A stretch of DNA of 64,000 bases from Elsinoe ampelina (lineage: Eukaryota), in NCBI GenBank assembly GCA_010093995.1, contig ML992502.1:1584312-1648311 (forward strand), in the 5' to 3' direction. Below the pieces are notes generated by a model that was given only the letters and a program-made list of their open reading frames with translations, was not told the DNA's origin and ran no database searches. The translations under genes and the position numbers were made by a program. Positions 24,854 through 36,140 of this stretch are shown in pieces; the first letter of the stretch is position 1, and the number at the start of each line of letters is the position of its first letter.

Positions 24854-27746
24854 CTATGACTGAGTAAAGAGGTCATGAAGACTTGGTTCGACCGTCAGAA
24901 GTGCCTCAATATCGGCATCAAAGCCCTCCCCGACAGCCACACGAAGCATCGAGAAGGCCTTCTTGGCCTCTCGACGAGCTACAACGAACCGATCTTGGTT
25001 GTCAGCGTTCGCCATATTCTGCCAGCAGATGCACAAGCATTCCAAGATGTTGGCTTTGCACTCCGCCATCAGCGGCCACGCGTTGCGAATCAAGCTCTGA
25101 AGGGCGAGCAGGGCCAGAGCCATTATGTTGGGACTCGCAACGCTGAATGGATTGCAAAGTATCTCGGTCAGCATTGGAATGATAGACTTCAAATGCTTGA
25201 TGGATTCCAGACCAAGTATGTCTTGAAGAGCAGATAGATTGCGCAAGACAACAGAGATGATCAAAACGTGCTCCGGACAATGGTTGTAAACTGCTAGGAT
25301 GCCCTTGTGCATGATTGTATCAAGAAATTTTGTGCCTTTACCGTCTGGCTTGCCTTCTGCTCTTTGGAAGGCTGTTCTGAAGAGTGCAAAGTAGACCGGA
25401 AACACGTTGTTGAGCAGATCGACAGCTTCATGGTCTGCTGTCAGTGTTGGCAGGTAGCCAAAGCAAGGTCTCAATGCGTCAGCGAAGACATCAAACAATC
25501 CAGTCTTGGCAAGCAGACTCGAAGGTGTCCGTTCGAGTAGAATCGTGAGCAATTCGCACCCTTTGGCTTTGTAGGGGATTTGAAAGTCGTCAATCAAGCT
25601 GAGTATCGGCGGGACAAGAAGATGCCAGTGATGTTCCACCAATCGATCGTCCAGTTGCTGCACTGTCCACGTCAGGATCCCGAGGACTTGATGCTCCTTT
25701 CGCTTCCAAGGCGTCGCCGCTTCTTCATCGAAGCCGATGTCGATCGGTGCAGCTGGTCTGTTTCGAGTGTCTTTACGACCTTGATCCGTTACTCCTTGAG
25801 GTCGATTCTGTGAGAACAAAGGGCGAATCGTCAGCAAGAGAAAATGCTTGACGAGGTCGGCCGCAAGCTCACCGTGAATTTTGCTGTTCTTGACTTGTTC
25901 TACAGCCTCATCAATGCTTTTGTTATCTGGGTTGCGAAGTTGCCATGCCATGATCACATCCAGAGCATCCTTCATCCATGGACCAGGATTGATCCCAATG
26001 GCCTTCGCAAGCTGTTTGCCATCCATGATCGGGCGGAAAGCGTAGGCATCTTCGATTGCAAAGTCGGAAATCTGCTGGAGGAACTTCTGGTACGTTGTTA
26101 TGAAGACTGGAAAGTATCAGCATTGTCTAATCCCAGTGTAGACGCAACATACCCTCGGCCTGGTCAGGCTCTTCTGCGATATCACATAGTAATGAGAACA
26201 AAGTCTGTAGTTTCCAAGTGGGACCCCATCTGCGAATAGACATGCCCAAAGTCTCACGAAGGTCGACATCTTCCAGACGTGGTCGCTTTGGGCGGTCTTG
26301 AAAGGACCTGGCTAAGCTACCGATTTCCTGAACGTTTTTGACTGAAGCAGTGACGATGTCGCATATCTTATTGGTGGCTTTGAAGCCCTCTCTTGCGATG
26401 ACTGTAGCCATGGGAGGAGGTTGCTTCTTTCCTGGTGGAGCCTGTGTCTGAGGTGCACTCCTGTAAGGAATCAGGCATGCGAGAACCCAGGCAGCATATC
26501 TGTCCTCTACATCGAATCCGAAGAGGTCCATAAGGTCCTTCTGGTTTGCTGAGAGCGATTGCATGTTGTGCAATACTTCAGTCCACGACTCCACCTCTGG
26601 ATCGTAGGATGGCGCCCCTGGCGTAGGGTCGCTGAAGACAGTCTTGTAAAGTCCAGCCTCTCTGAGCAGGGTTAGAGCTCTGAAGGGGTCCGGGCCTCTT
26701 AGCATCTTCTCCAGTTCCACACCGACGCGCTCCCTGCTGATCTTCACTTTCAGTGCGGCTTTGATATCCTCATTCGTCATGCTCTGAGCAGCCTCGCGAT
26801 CGATATCATAGCCAAGGCGACTAGCAAACCTGATTAGTCTTAGCACTCTGAGCGGATCATCCTTGAATGTTTGGTAAGGCTCAAGCGGAGTGCGGATGAT
26901 CCGGGCGGCCATGTCATCAAAGCCACGGTCGGTCAGATCTTCAATCTTGCGAGTGTTCAAATTGTAGAACATCGCGTTGATGGTAGCGTCTCGTCGTAAA
27001 GCATCTTCCTCGGGAGTACCAAACTCGATCTGAGGGTTCCGACTATCGTCTGTATACGTTTCCTTCCGAAGGTTGACCAGATCGATGTCCAGCCCAAGAA
27101 TGCGTGTCGTGATGGTTTCCAAATGCTTTGATTTCTCGGGGTTAGCTTCGATCTTGTGAAGACCACCCACGAGCTTGCTCTTGCCGTTGACGCCAGCTTT
27201 GTTGGATTGGGAGTCGGTCTTTGCCACACCGTCAAGACCGTACTTCTCAGCATTGCCGGGACGTTCCAAGTAGTCCTTCATCTGGAGCCCGAACTGCTCT
27301 CCGGTCATGTTGTTAATCGCGACATCAATATCATGGCTGTCGACTCCGAGAAGCTTGTCGCGGACCCATCCTCCGGTGAAACGAAGCACGGTCTGCTCGT
27401 TCGCTAGCTGTGCGGGAAGTGTCACCTGACTATCATGCTTGACAGGAGAAGTCCGTATGAATTCGGCGACGTCCAGAAGCAATGTCCTGAGTGTTTCTTC
27501 CACTTCAGTCAGTTGTAGCTCTAGCTGCCGGAAATTGTTTGTCCGATTGGAGGCCGATCCTGCCGCCATTGTTCGCCGCGTAATCTGCAAGGACTTTTGT
27601 GAGGACTCAGCCGGTAGTCTTGTAAGCTTCGCGTGATGACAGATTGTAGATGCCGAGCTCACGCATCGCACGGTTGTATGAATTGATGATCTGAATCGAG
27701 TCCTTTTCACCAGCGCCCAGGTTACGTTGCAGCGTGGAATTCTCAT
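24854..27746 (-). CDS. CCA1: CCA tRNA nucleotidyltransferase fused in frame to a Tti2-like HEAT domain
   Basis: GGWVRDKLLG, DIDVA, EDALRRDATIN, DDPLRVLRLIRF, ISRERV; 46-nt intron 26152-26107; the CCA C-terminus (PGPWMKDALDVIMAWQLRNP) runs without a stop into PWK..HWHLLVPPILSLIDD..KAKGCELL. In-frame ATGs at 27746 and 27569. Confidence 0.9.
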
Positions 27747-28078
27747 GCAAGAAACGTTGTTGCTAGCATCAAAGAAGACCAATGATTCTTTTGAGGGATC
27801 AACTTTTCTGTAACCTGAGTGCAGTGATTGAGAAATGACCATTCAAAATTTTGGTTGGAGTCACTTTTTGATGCCAAGACGTCAACTGTGGATCTCACAG
27901 GGCATGTGCCCACGGGAACCTCCTTGTGCTTGGAGAGTGCTACACCTCGGCTGCACTCTGACGACCTGATATCTGGCACTTCCGATTCGATCAACAGGCA
28001 CTTCTCATCTTCGCGACTCATGCCAAACAGCCAGAAAGGACGCGCCGCGCTGCCACGTCTGGCAATCAGCAATCTCTC

Positions 28079-30379
28079 ATGAGCTCCGCGGACGATCATC
28101 CCTTGAAATCGAGCCCACCTTTAGACACGACGGAAGCACCTCTACCACCTCCAAAAGATGTCGTCACTACCGATAGACCGAAGAAGCCGTCGATCGATGA
28201 ACTCTCGACTGGCCGCACAATGTCCTCCTCAGCCTCTGTCACGTCATCGACTCTGTCAAGCTCAACCTCACCTCCGATCACCTCAAGATCTTCAACACCG
28301 ACTGTATCAACGCTAGCGGGATCAGTCTTCTCACCCACAGGCTCAAAGTATGACCTTAGATCGAGCACAGGGTCGCCCATTTCGCCCGGGCAGATCGATG
28401 GAGCACCCACTCTGGTAGCCCAAGCATTTGCACCACATGTATCGGTCCTCTCTTCACCAGATTGTGAAGAGCTGTTGCGCCACAAGGGGATTAATGGAGG
28501 ACTCTTGGAACTCTTGCGGCCATTTGGAGAGATGATACCAGGAAGAGTCGTCATTAGGGACAGCACAGGGGTAAGTAAGCCATGGGATGACTTTGGCATA
28601 CGATTCACGGGCATAAAAGATGGTCTTGAAGCGCCGCGGATGGGTCGAAGCCCTTCGGAGTCGAAAGCTGCAGATGGGACAGGAGTTGCCTCGGAGGAGC
28701 ATCGGCCAGCACGGTTACGATCTGGAGGGGATGTCGTTCAGATCGAGCAACTTGTAGAGAGGCACCTGGATGAGCTGAGTGCGGAGGCAAATGTGGACGG
28801 CGAAGATGCGGGCTTATCACCATCGGATCACTCACCATACTTCGGTCTGTATCAAAGGAAGCTGCTGTCAGGTACTGTACTCAGCCCACATGAAACATTT
28901 GCACATCCTGTGGCGCTCGTCATTGCCATCAGCTCGAGAAGTGCTGCACCGATAGAAGATCTCAGGACACTTTACACTAACTCTAATACTGGAGAATATC
29001 GACTACCACCCTGGGTCAACAACGAGTACCTCCGCTATTACGTTCTGGTTCACGATGAAGACTTTGATGATATCAAGAAATCTACGACATTGTACGAGCA
29101 GATGAAGCGCCATTTCGGATTACATTGTCACCTTCTGCGACTGCGCAGCACTCAGTGCCTACCCTCGGATGATGGTGCAACTCTTCTACCTGCAAAAAAT
29201 TGGACTTCCGCAGCCGAGGATCTGTCTGACATGTCTGCAATCGAAGCTGTGGAGGACGATGCTCACACCTTGACATACATCTTCGAATCTGATGCAACAG
29301 CTGTACGCTCCTTTGTCCGTGAGATGGTGACACAATCGATCTTGCCTTCGATGGAGCGGTCCGTTGCAACCTGGAATGATCAAGTAGCTTCTCGGCGGCG
29401 TGGTATTTCCGGCAGATTCATGTCGCTATCAAAGCGCTTTACACCTTTCGGCGGGCGGAGCAATTCGCCATCCACCTCGGGGACAAACTACGATTCTGCA
29501 GGTGGCTTCTACCGCCCAGACTTGCCAGAGGCCATCATGAGAAAATTGGCGGATTATGCAGTCATGCTCCGCGATTACAAGCTTGCTGCGTCGACCTACG
29601 AGATCCTCTGTGGAGATTATAAGAACGACAAAGCATGGCGTTGTTATGCCGGTGCAAATGAAATGGCAGCTGTCACGTCCTTGCTTAGTCAAGGTCCCAT
29701 CTCTGCCCGGGCTCGGAGTGAGACGATTGATACATGGATTGAGAATGCCTACTACTCATACTTCACCCGATGTAACAGCGCTTTCTACTCGCTACGAACC
29801 ATCGTGCTGACTGCCGAGCTCCTCCGAATTAGGGAGGGTAGCGCACTTGACGACGCTGCACGTTGGCTGGCGCGCACCATGGATGACCGAAATATTGGAC
29901 CAGTGGGGCACGCATTACTACTAGAGCGAACCGGATCATATTTTGCACTGAAGAAAGGAGTAGGATCGTTGCACAGCGGCAAGAGGAGACGTAAAGCAGC
30001 ACTTTGGTTTACCCTTGCTGCCAGCGCTTGGTTAGACATGGACAAGCAAGGCCAGGCAGGCAGATGTCTATCACGAGCACTAGAGATATACGACCAGGAC
30101 AACGACGGGCCGCTGCATTTCGACGGCATGCAATACTTCCTGGATCATCTGGGTCGGGCGGTCGAGGCCAAGGGACCCGAGAAGATGGAACCTTTTCCTG
30201 ACGTTGTAGAAGAAAAGGTAGAGCAGATCCAGCAGACGACCGTCGATCAGCGAACGCATAGAAGGAGCGGTAGTCTCGCTGTCGCCACGCCAGCATACGA
30301 TCCGCTCGGTGTGGGGCCGATGACGCCCAAGGTCACCCTGACGGAACGATTAGAAGCAGCTGAGGACGGATTTGAATGA
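28079..30379 (+). CDS. TRS85: TRAPPIII-specific subunit Trs85 (TRAPPC8)
   Basis: SPHETFAHPVA, YLRYYVLVHDED, MKRHFGLHCHLLRL, MRKLADYAVMLRDYKLA, DKAWRCYAGANEM. Confidence 0.9.
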   Translation: MSSADDHPLKSSPPLDTTEAPLPPPKDVVTTDRPKKPSIDELSTGRTMSSSASVTSSTLSSSTSPPITSRSSTPTVSTLAGSVFSPTGSKYDLRSSTGSPISPGQIDGAPTLVAQAFAPHVSVLSSPDCEELLRHKGINGGLLELLRPFGEMIPGRVVIRDSTGVSKPWDDFGIRFTGIKDGLEAPRMGRSPSESKAADGTGVASEEHRPARLRSGGDVVQIEQLVERHLDELSAEANVDGEDAGLSPSDHSPYFGLYQRKLLSGTVLSPHETFAHPVALVIAISSRSAAPIEDLRTLYTNSNTGEYRLPPWVNNEYLRYYVLVHDEDFDDIKKSTTLYEQMKRHFGLHCHLLRLRSTQCLPSDDGATLLPAKNWTSAAEDLSDMSAIEAVEDDAHTLTYIFESDATAVRSFVREMVTQSILPSMERSVATWNDQVASRRRGISGRFMSLSKRFTPFGGRSNSPSTSGTNYDSAGGFYRPDLPEAIMRKLADYAVMLRDYKLAASTYEILCGDYKNDKAWRCYAGANEMAAVTSLLSQGPISARARSETIDTWIENAYYSYFTRCNSAFYSLRTIVLTAELLRIREGSALDDAARWLARTMDDRNIGPVGHALLLERTGSYFALKKGVGSLHSGKRRRKAALWFTLAASAWLDMDKQGQAGRCLSRALEIYDQDNDGPLHFDGMQYFLDHLGRAVEAKGPEKMEPFPDVVEEKVEQIQQTTVDQRTHRRSGSLAVATPAYDPLGVGPMTPKVTLTERLEAAEDGFE

Positions 30380-30590
30380 ATGATACCACGATTAGATATC
30401 CAGCAATGCATGCTTGGGTGCTGTACCTTCACACCCCTTCCGCTTGGCACCTCGTGGAATGCCTTCTCAAAAGGTCTCCAGACACCATCTCCGACGTGAC
30501 CATCTCTGCCTTTCGGGCCGTTGCCTTCCACCTCCATCCCTCTCCCTCATCTGCTCTCATCCACCCCTCCCCCCTCCCTTCCCCCCGCAC

Positions 30591-31388
30591 CTACCCCTCC
30601 CTCAACTCACAAACCCCGACCCACCTCCTCCCCTCCTCCTCCCCTCCCCTTCCCACCTCAAACCCCCACCTCAAATCCCGATCATGGTTCACAAACCGCT
30701 GCATCCTCGCCAGACTCCCATGATACGCCACCGCCGCATCCCTCGCGGCCCCGACGTCCACCAACCGCCGCACCTGCCCCTCGAACGTGCCCTGCGGCCC
30801 GTACGGACCCGGCACGGTGAACAGGTGGGGTAGAGCGTCGACGATGCGCGCGGGGAGACCGAAGTTGCGCGCCGCGGTGATGGGGCCGATGGGGAGGTAG
30901 GAGGGGGATTGGAGGCAGGGAGGGCAGAGGGGGAGGAGGAGGGGGAGGTAGAGGTAGGATGGTGGGTTGGGGCAGGGAGGGGAGGGATCGTTGATTGTGG
31001 CGGGGGGGGAGGGGGTGGGGTCCCGGAGGGGGTGGCGGCATTGGTGTGGGGGGGAGAGGGCGGAGGCGAGGCAGGAGAGGGTGTGGTGTTGTGCGGAGCG
31101 GGTGGCGTAGGGGGCGCGGAGGATGGTGGGGTGGGTGGTGAGGAGGAAGGTGAAGGGTGGGGTGGTGTTGACGAGGTCGAGGAGGTGGCGGTTGGTGCGG
31201 CGGAGGCGGGAGATGGTGAGGAGGTCGGTGTGGAGGATGATTTGCGTGATGATCTCGTTGGGGAGCTGGGAGAGGCTGCCAAGGTCGTGGATAGGGAGGT
31301 GGGATGTGGTGAGGTGAAGGCGGATACGTTGGAGCGAGGGGTTGGTTGTGAGCGTGTGCGGGGTCTGAGGTGGATTATGGGCGGACAT
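30591..31388 (-). CDS. Fungal F-box protein (Cys-containing C-terminal region), possibly truncated
   Basis: LGSLSQLPNEIITQIILHTDLLTISRLRRTNR; YLYLPLLLPLCPPC; paralogous to the neighbouring gene. Confidence 0.75.
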   Translation of the reverse strand: MSAHNPPQTPHTLTTNPSLQRIRLHLTTSHLPIHDLGSLSQLPNEIITQIILHTDLLTISRLRRTNRHLLDLVNTTPPFTFLLTTHPTILRAPYATRSAQHHTLSCLASALSPPHQCRHPLRDPTPSPPATINDPSPPCPNPPSYLYLPLLLPLCPPCLQSPSYLPIGPITAARNFGLPARIVDALPHLFTVPGPYGPQGTFEGQVRRLVDVGAARDAAVAYHGSLARMQRFVNHDRDLRWGFEVGRGGEEEGRRWVGVCELREG

Positions 31389-31730
31389 GGTGCGTGTTGA
31401 TCTGCACTCGGGATCCGGTCGTCACTGGTTACTCAATGCTTATAGGAATAGCAGATCCTGCTCTGTGTGATTGTGGTAATATCGTTGTCGTAGGTTGCGG
31501 TGAAAGCGATAGGGATGTGATATGTGGGGTGAGTGATGGCGACTCGGAGACCGACGACACAGCGTTTATATATGGGAAGAAGCAGTGCACGAAAGACTTT
31601 CACATGGCAGACAGAGTCTGATACACTTCCGGAACTATTTTCTTTTTTGCACGCGTGATTCTCGTGTTACACCCAAGTCGAATAATGGACCTGGACCAGA
31701 GTAGCTGGTGTCGAAATGAGTGCCAGCCGT

Positions 31731-32961
31731 TTAGAGTGTCAAGAAATTAAAGACATAGCTAGACCCACGCTTGTCATCGACGTCTTCTCCAGCCTCTCTC
31801 GCCAGGTCATACGGATACTCTGGATGAAAGCCCTCCTTGATTCGTCCACAATCCCGCAAGTGAAGCTTGAAAGTCTCCTCGTCATATCTCCTGCACCTCA
31901 ATATCGGAAACGCTTTTCCCATCTCACATGCCTTGCAGTATCGTCCCTTCTCAATTCCGATTAGCGTCAGGTTGAATACCGGACATTCCACTACCGTCTG
32001 CCAGCGAGCAATGCTGCTACAGTCGGCCTGATGAAGTGTCTGTAAGAGCATGGCAGCGTCCTGGTAAGTGTGCCTAAACAACCATGGGCCTGCCGCGGGC
32101 GTCTTGCCACATCTGATCTCGCCGCGTCGTTGTTCATCCAACTTTTCACGGAAGGCCGCGTTATGCAGCAGCACATTCCACGTTCGATGCATCGATGATG
32201 GCGCTTATGAGTGCATCTTCAGAGCCGTGATGCTGGATTCCAGCGAGCCACAGCGACCGAAAGTCATATAGGCGTGTCGCTGGCAAGTCGAATTTTCGAG
32301 TCGTATATACGCCGGGAAGACTCATGGCTGACGGTATCTCTGCAGCCAGGTAGGTGGGTAGGCTGTCTACGAGGGCTCTTGCGTGCCTCATGTGTGCTGG
32401 CATGAACTCATCACACCGAGCGAGGCACCGCTGACAGCTCCGGGTACAAGTGAGAAGGTAGAGGTAGGGTCCGAAGTCGTCGCATCTGGAGCATCGCCTG
32501 GCCGTCATCTGAGTTGCGAGGTGCTGCAAAGTGAAGAAGTGATCAACACCGAGGGTACGAATGGATCTAAGCACCAGAGGGACATGCTGTAGTAGCGCAG
32601 CATAGTGTGGTAGTTCCAGGACAACCTGGCTGCTTCTCCGGTTAGTGTTTGCCAGTTGGTGCAGAGAGTGTAGGTCCAGACTATACAGAATAGTACTAAG
32701 CAGTTCGATGGGTAGGCCTTCTAGCCGTGCAAGATCGTATTGAGACTGTAGCATTGGCTTCTCGAGTCTCATGCGGGATTGCTTGATGATCGGATGATGA
32801 TCTAAGAGGTTGTCACATTTGCTAGCTTTCGGATAGGTGAAGGTTTTGAATCGTGCTTTGGTTGTGGCAGCATCATTGTTGCTGCGCAATTTTTTCAGAC
32901 GAGCTATGGCCTCTTGTCGCTCGGCATTGTTGCCTGCAGCATTATGGTGTACGGAGGCCAT
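31731..32961 (-). pseudogene. Fungal F-box protein split by a frameshift near 32165
   Basis: LEGLPIELLSTILYSLDLHSLHQLANTNR, CSRCDDFGPYLYLLTCTRSCQRC; apparent family C-terminus (GRYCKAC..HLRDCG) lies in another frame, 32192-31731. Confidence 0.7.
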
Positions 32962-33147
32962 CGTGAGAGGTTGATGGAGCGGAAAAGGTAAGGCCAGAAG
33001 CGGGGCAAAACGCCCAAGAGAGTGAGGCTGGTATAGGAAGCCTATTCCCGGTGATGAATCAAGTGGAGTGCGTGACAGCTTGTTGGTAGTTTCTCAGTAC
33101 CTGAAAGCAGCTCTGCTGTCTGCATGCGAGGCCGTATCTTGAGATGT

Positions 33148-33788
33148 CTAGCGTCCAAACAGTCCAGACAAAACTCCTTTGCCACCCGCGCCACCCTGTC
33201 CGTGTCGAGCAGCCTCGGTTTCGATCCACTTTGTCAAGAAATCCCTATTCTTCATCTCCTCAACCTTTGTAAGTCTTGTCTCGAGCTGAGCTTCCTGTCT
33301 GTCAAACGCCAGAAGTGTCGGTAAAGAGTTGATCTGCGAGCAATGTCAGCCGGAAGCGGAAGCTCGAATACCCGAGATGACACGCCTGATATCTCATAGC
33401 CAATGGACCCAGGGTAGGCGCATCCAGCTCGAGCTCAGCGAAAGACACGCCGCCTTGAGATTCTCCGACACCACTTTGGATGAGATCGCGGATCATGGGC
33501 GTGATGATTTTGCAGGAGGGACACCACGTGGCGCCCCAGAGGGTGATCAGAGGGACCCGCGAGGAAGCGGACAGCAGGTTGAGACTTTCGAAGTCGTCTT
33601 CTGTACGAATGCTAGAGATGTCATGTGAGAACACTAAATGATGGACTCTAGCAGATCAAGACATACGTGTTGCTATAGACACGATTCCTTGCTTCTCGTG
33701 CGGCTGTAGAGCTGTATGGACGGGCACAGGTCGTGAGCGATCGTCGTCCGATCGTTATCCATAACACAGGCGCACGTGTCAAATACAT
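33148..33788 (-). CDS. Thioredoxin-like protein with mitochondrial-type presequence
   Basis: WCPSC motif; Arg/Ser-rich N-terminus MYLTRAPVLWITIGRRSL; final exon INSLPTLLAFDRQE reached through GC-AG intron 33385-33334. Confidence 0.82.
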
Positions 33789-34048
33789 AATGATTAGTTG
33801 TGACGTTTGCTCGAGCTCTGGAACATAGGTAAGTGAAGGTGTTTATTCGTCAGCTGGTAGGTGGATGGTCGTCGGAGTCGAATCGTGCGGAAGTCTTTCA
33901 GAAAAGCCCTTCCATATCACCGAACAACAAAATACCGTTCACGCCTCGCTACGATCGACCTCCAGCATATTTGGTCATTACGTTGTAATTTGATCATCTA
34001 CAGACTCTCATTAAGCTCTGCCCATGAGATGACTTTCTTCCATCCACT

Positions 34049-35362
34049 TCAGCAGCCCGGCCCAGAAATGCCAGCGACGCCTCCCGGTCTGATTAAATTA
34101 CAGCTCCCTTGACCTGTACTCGTTGAATTCTGGTTAATCGTGATATCCAGATCCACAAATCTAATGTCAAAGCAGGGCTTAACTCTAGAGCAACTGACAC
34201 TCGCCGTGCGGTTCGGTCTTGAGCTCTTGCCACTGAGGTAGCCAGTAAAGTTCCGGAACTCAATGTTGCTGACCTCCATCAGACTTGTGCCTGTCGTGCT
34301 ACTGCCATTGTTGCCATTATCCTGAGTAATGGCAGGGCCGGCATCGGATCCTTCTGTGAAGAAGTTCGAGAAGGTGATGTTGCGGACGACACCTGTGCCC
34401 GCTCCACGAGGTTGACCAGCACTCTCGTAGTTGGACTGGTTGACGAGCACACCAACCCATGTCTTGATGTAGACTGCGTTTCCCAGGTCTTCGTTGAAGC
34501 GAATGTTGTGGACGTCGCTTATGGTGACGTTTTCTACTGACGAGTCTTCCAGGTACTGCCCGAGGGAGCCAATCGCGATGCCATTACCACCTCTGCAGGT
34601 CACGTTCTGGACGTGGATCTCGTACGATCGGGGCTTGATGGCGATACAGTCGTCTCCACCCTGAGACACAAAATTTCTCAGAGTGATGTTACGTGCATCC
34701 ATCGTGTCAAAGCCGTCGGTGTTCGGTACCCAGTTGACGCCGTAGGGTGCTTTGGTTGCCGTAGCATTGGTGTACAACTCATCAATGACCATGTCTGTAC
34801 CGTTCATGATGTTGAAGGCCCAGAAGGGAGGCTGTTTGACGAAGAATTTGTTGACTACCACGTCGCTGACGTTCCAGAGCACAAATGGCATGGGCCGACC
34901 CTCTCGGACCTTGCCAGCCTCGGCGGTGTACCATACATCTCCATTGCCCTCGATGCCACCAGTACCGTAACCATTGATGGTGATGTGGTCGCCAGTGAGG
35001 ATGAAATTGGTTCGATGGTTCTGGAAATAGATGAAGTAAGTGTTGCCGTTGGTCCGCCAGTAGTCAATATCAGGCGAGAAGGTCCAGATGCCTCGCCAGT
35101 CTATCTGGACATCGTTGACAACAGGGTTGAGCTTGCTAGCAATGAAGTAGTTCTGGTCTTCTGGAAAGACAATGTTTCCACCGTGACCACATGTGTCGAA
35201 TGCCTTCACGATGTTATCAACATCACTGACGTTGCCGCCATGTGCATAGACTGTGCAACGCTTCCGATGGCCATGCTTGTCAATCGTGACGCCTCCATGA
35301 CCGTAAGGCGATGCGAACGCCGCCGTCAGCGTTGACAGCAGCAAGAAGAAGTGTTTCTGCAT
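34049..35362 (-). CDS. GH28 exo-acting pectinase (exo-rhamnogalacturonase RgxB-like), secreted
   Basis: Signal peptide MQKHFFLLLSTLTAAFA; NTDG, GDDCIAIK, GNGIAIGSLGQY, YIKTW. Confidence 0.9.
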   Translation of the reverse strand: MQKHFFLLLSTLTAAFASPYGHGGVTIDKHGHRKRCTVYAHGGNVSDVDNIVKAFDTCGHGGNIVFPEDQNYFIASKLNPVVNDVQIDWRGIWTFSPDIDYWRTNGNTYFIYFQNHRTNFILTGDHITINGYGTGGIEGNGDVWYTAEAGKVREGRPMPFVLWNVSDVVVNKFFVKQPPFWAFNIMNGTDMVIDELYTNATATKAPYGVNWVPNTDGFDTMDARNITLRNFVSQGGDDCIAIKPRSYEIHVQNVTCRGGNGIAIGSLGQYLEDSSVENVTISDVHNIRFNEDLGNAVYIKTWVGVLVNQSNYESAGQPRGAGTGVVRNITFSNFFTEGSDAGPAITQDNGNNGSSTTGTSLMEVSNIEFRNFTGYLSGKSSRPNRTASVSCSRVKPCFDIRFVDLDITINQNSTSTGQGSCNLIRPGGVAGISGPGC

Positions 35363-35476
35363 GATCAAACTCGAGTCCAACTCACTGGACTTACCTGAAT
35401 GGCTGAGCAGAGTAGCTAAGCTTATACATCCGGAAGCATGGCAAATGCTTGTTCACAGCCACCAAGCGTGGGTGTG

Positions 35477-35904
35477 ATTGGAGGCATAATTGCGACATTT
35501 GTCAAAGGTAGCCCTGACGATGACCGAACTTCTCCTCAAAGGAAATTGAAGATCAGCGGAGATGATTCGATCCCGGGGCAAAGCGTTCCGGGGTGAAGCT
35601 CTTCGATTGGCTCGCCGCTAGTGCGTATTGTTTTCATCCTCTCTATCCAAAACAACCACCTCTGTCTAGCATGCAAACACGCAACAGCACAAGTGGCGGG
35701 ATGGACTATAATATCCTCTGTCCACCTCTATCTCATGCAAGCAACTGGTCTAGAAGCCTGCGTACTTCGATCGGGCTCGAGACCAGCCTCAACATGACAG
35801 GACTGCAAGCCAATTTGCCCCCATCGGTCCTCAGACCCGGCGGGGTTTCTTGGACATCACCCGAAAAGATGTTGGCGTACCGACGTCACCTGATAATCGC
35901 GGGG
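35477..35904. promoter_or_regulatory. Shared GH28/GH53 promoter: GARE-like CCTCCAAT and several CreA-type SYGGRG sites
   Basis: CCTCCAAT on minus strand 35484-35477; SYGGRG at 35556, 35573, 35588, 35840, 35899. Short motifs, function inferred. Confidence 0.4.
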
Positions 35905-36140
35905 TCTCCGCGAGCCACTAGGATGCGGCAACAACCTTGACCACGAAGGCTCTGCTTGGTTGTCGACGGAATGCGGCAGGTCAAAAATTTTGTATGGAAA
36001 TGACCTGAAATCCAAGAAAGGATAAACAGCGCCACCGTCGGCCTCAACACACAACCCACATGGTACAAGTACTGCCATGCTCGCCGCATGTCAAGGTAGG
36101 TCTGTGTTCCATAGTAGCTTCTCTCTTCGTCTCTGCCAGC

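Noticed and set aside
30376..31400. Many Pro-rich or Gly/Glu-rich ORFs overlapping skewed regions (also 11241-12651, 24156-24763, 38284-39118, 63311-63995)
   Set aside because: Shadow frames caused by stop-codon scarcity in C- or G-rich tracts that overlap recognised genes.
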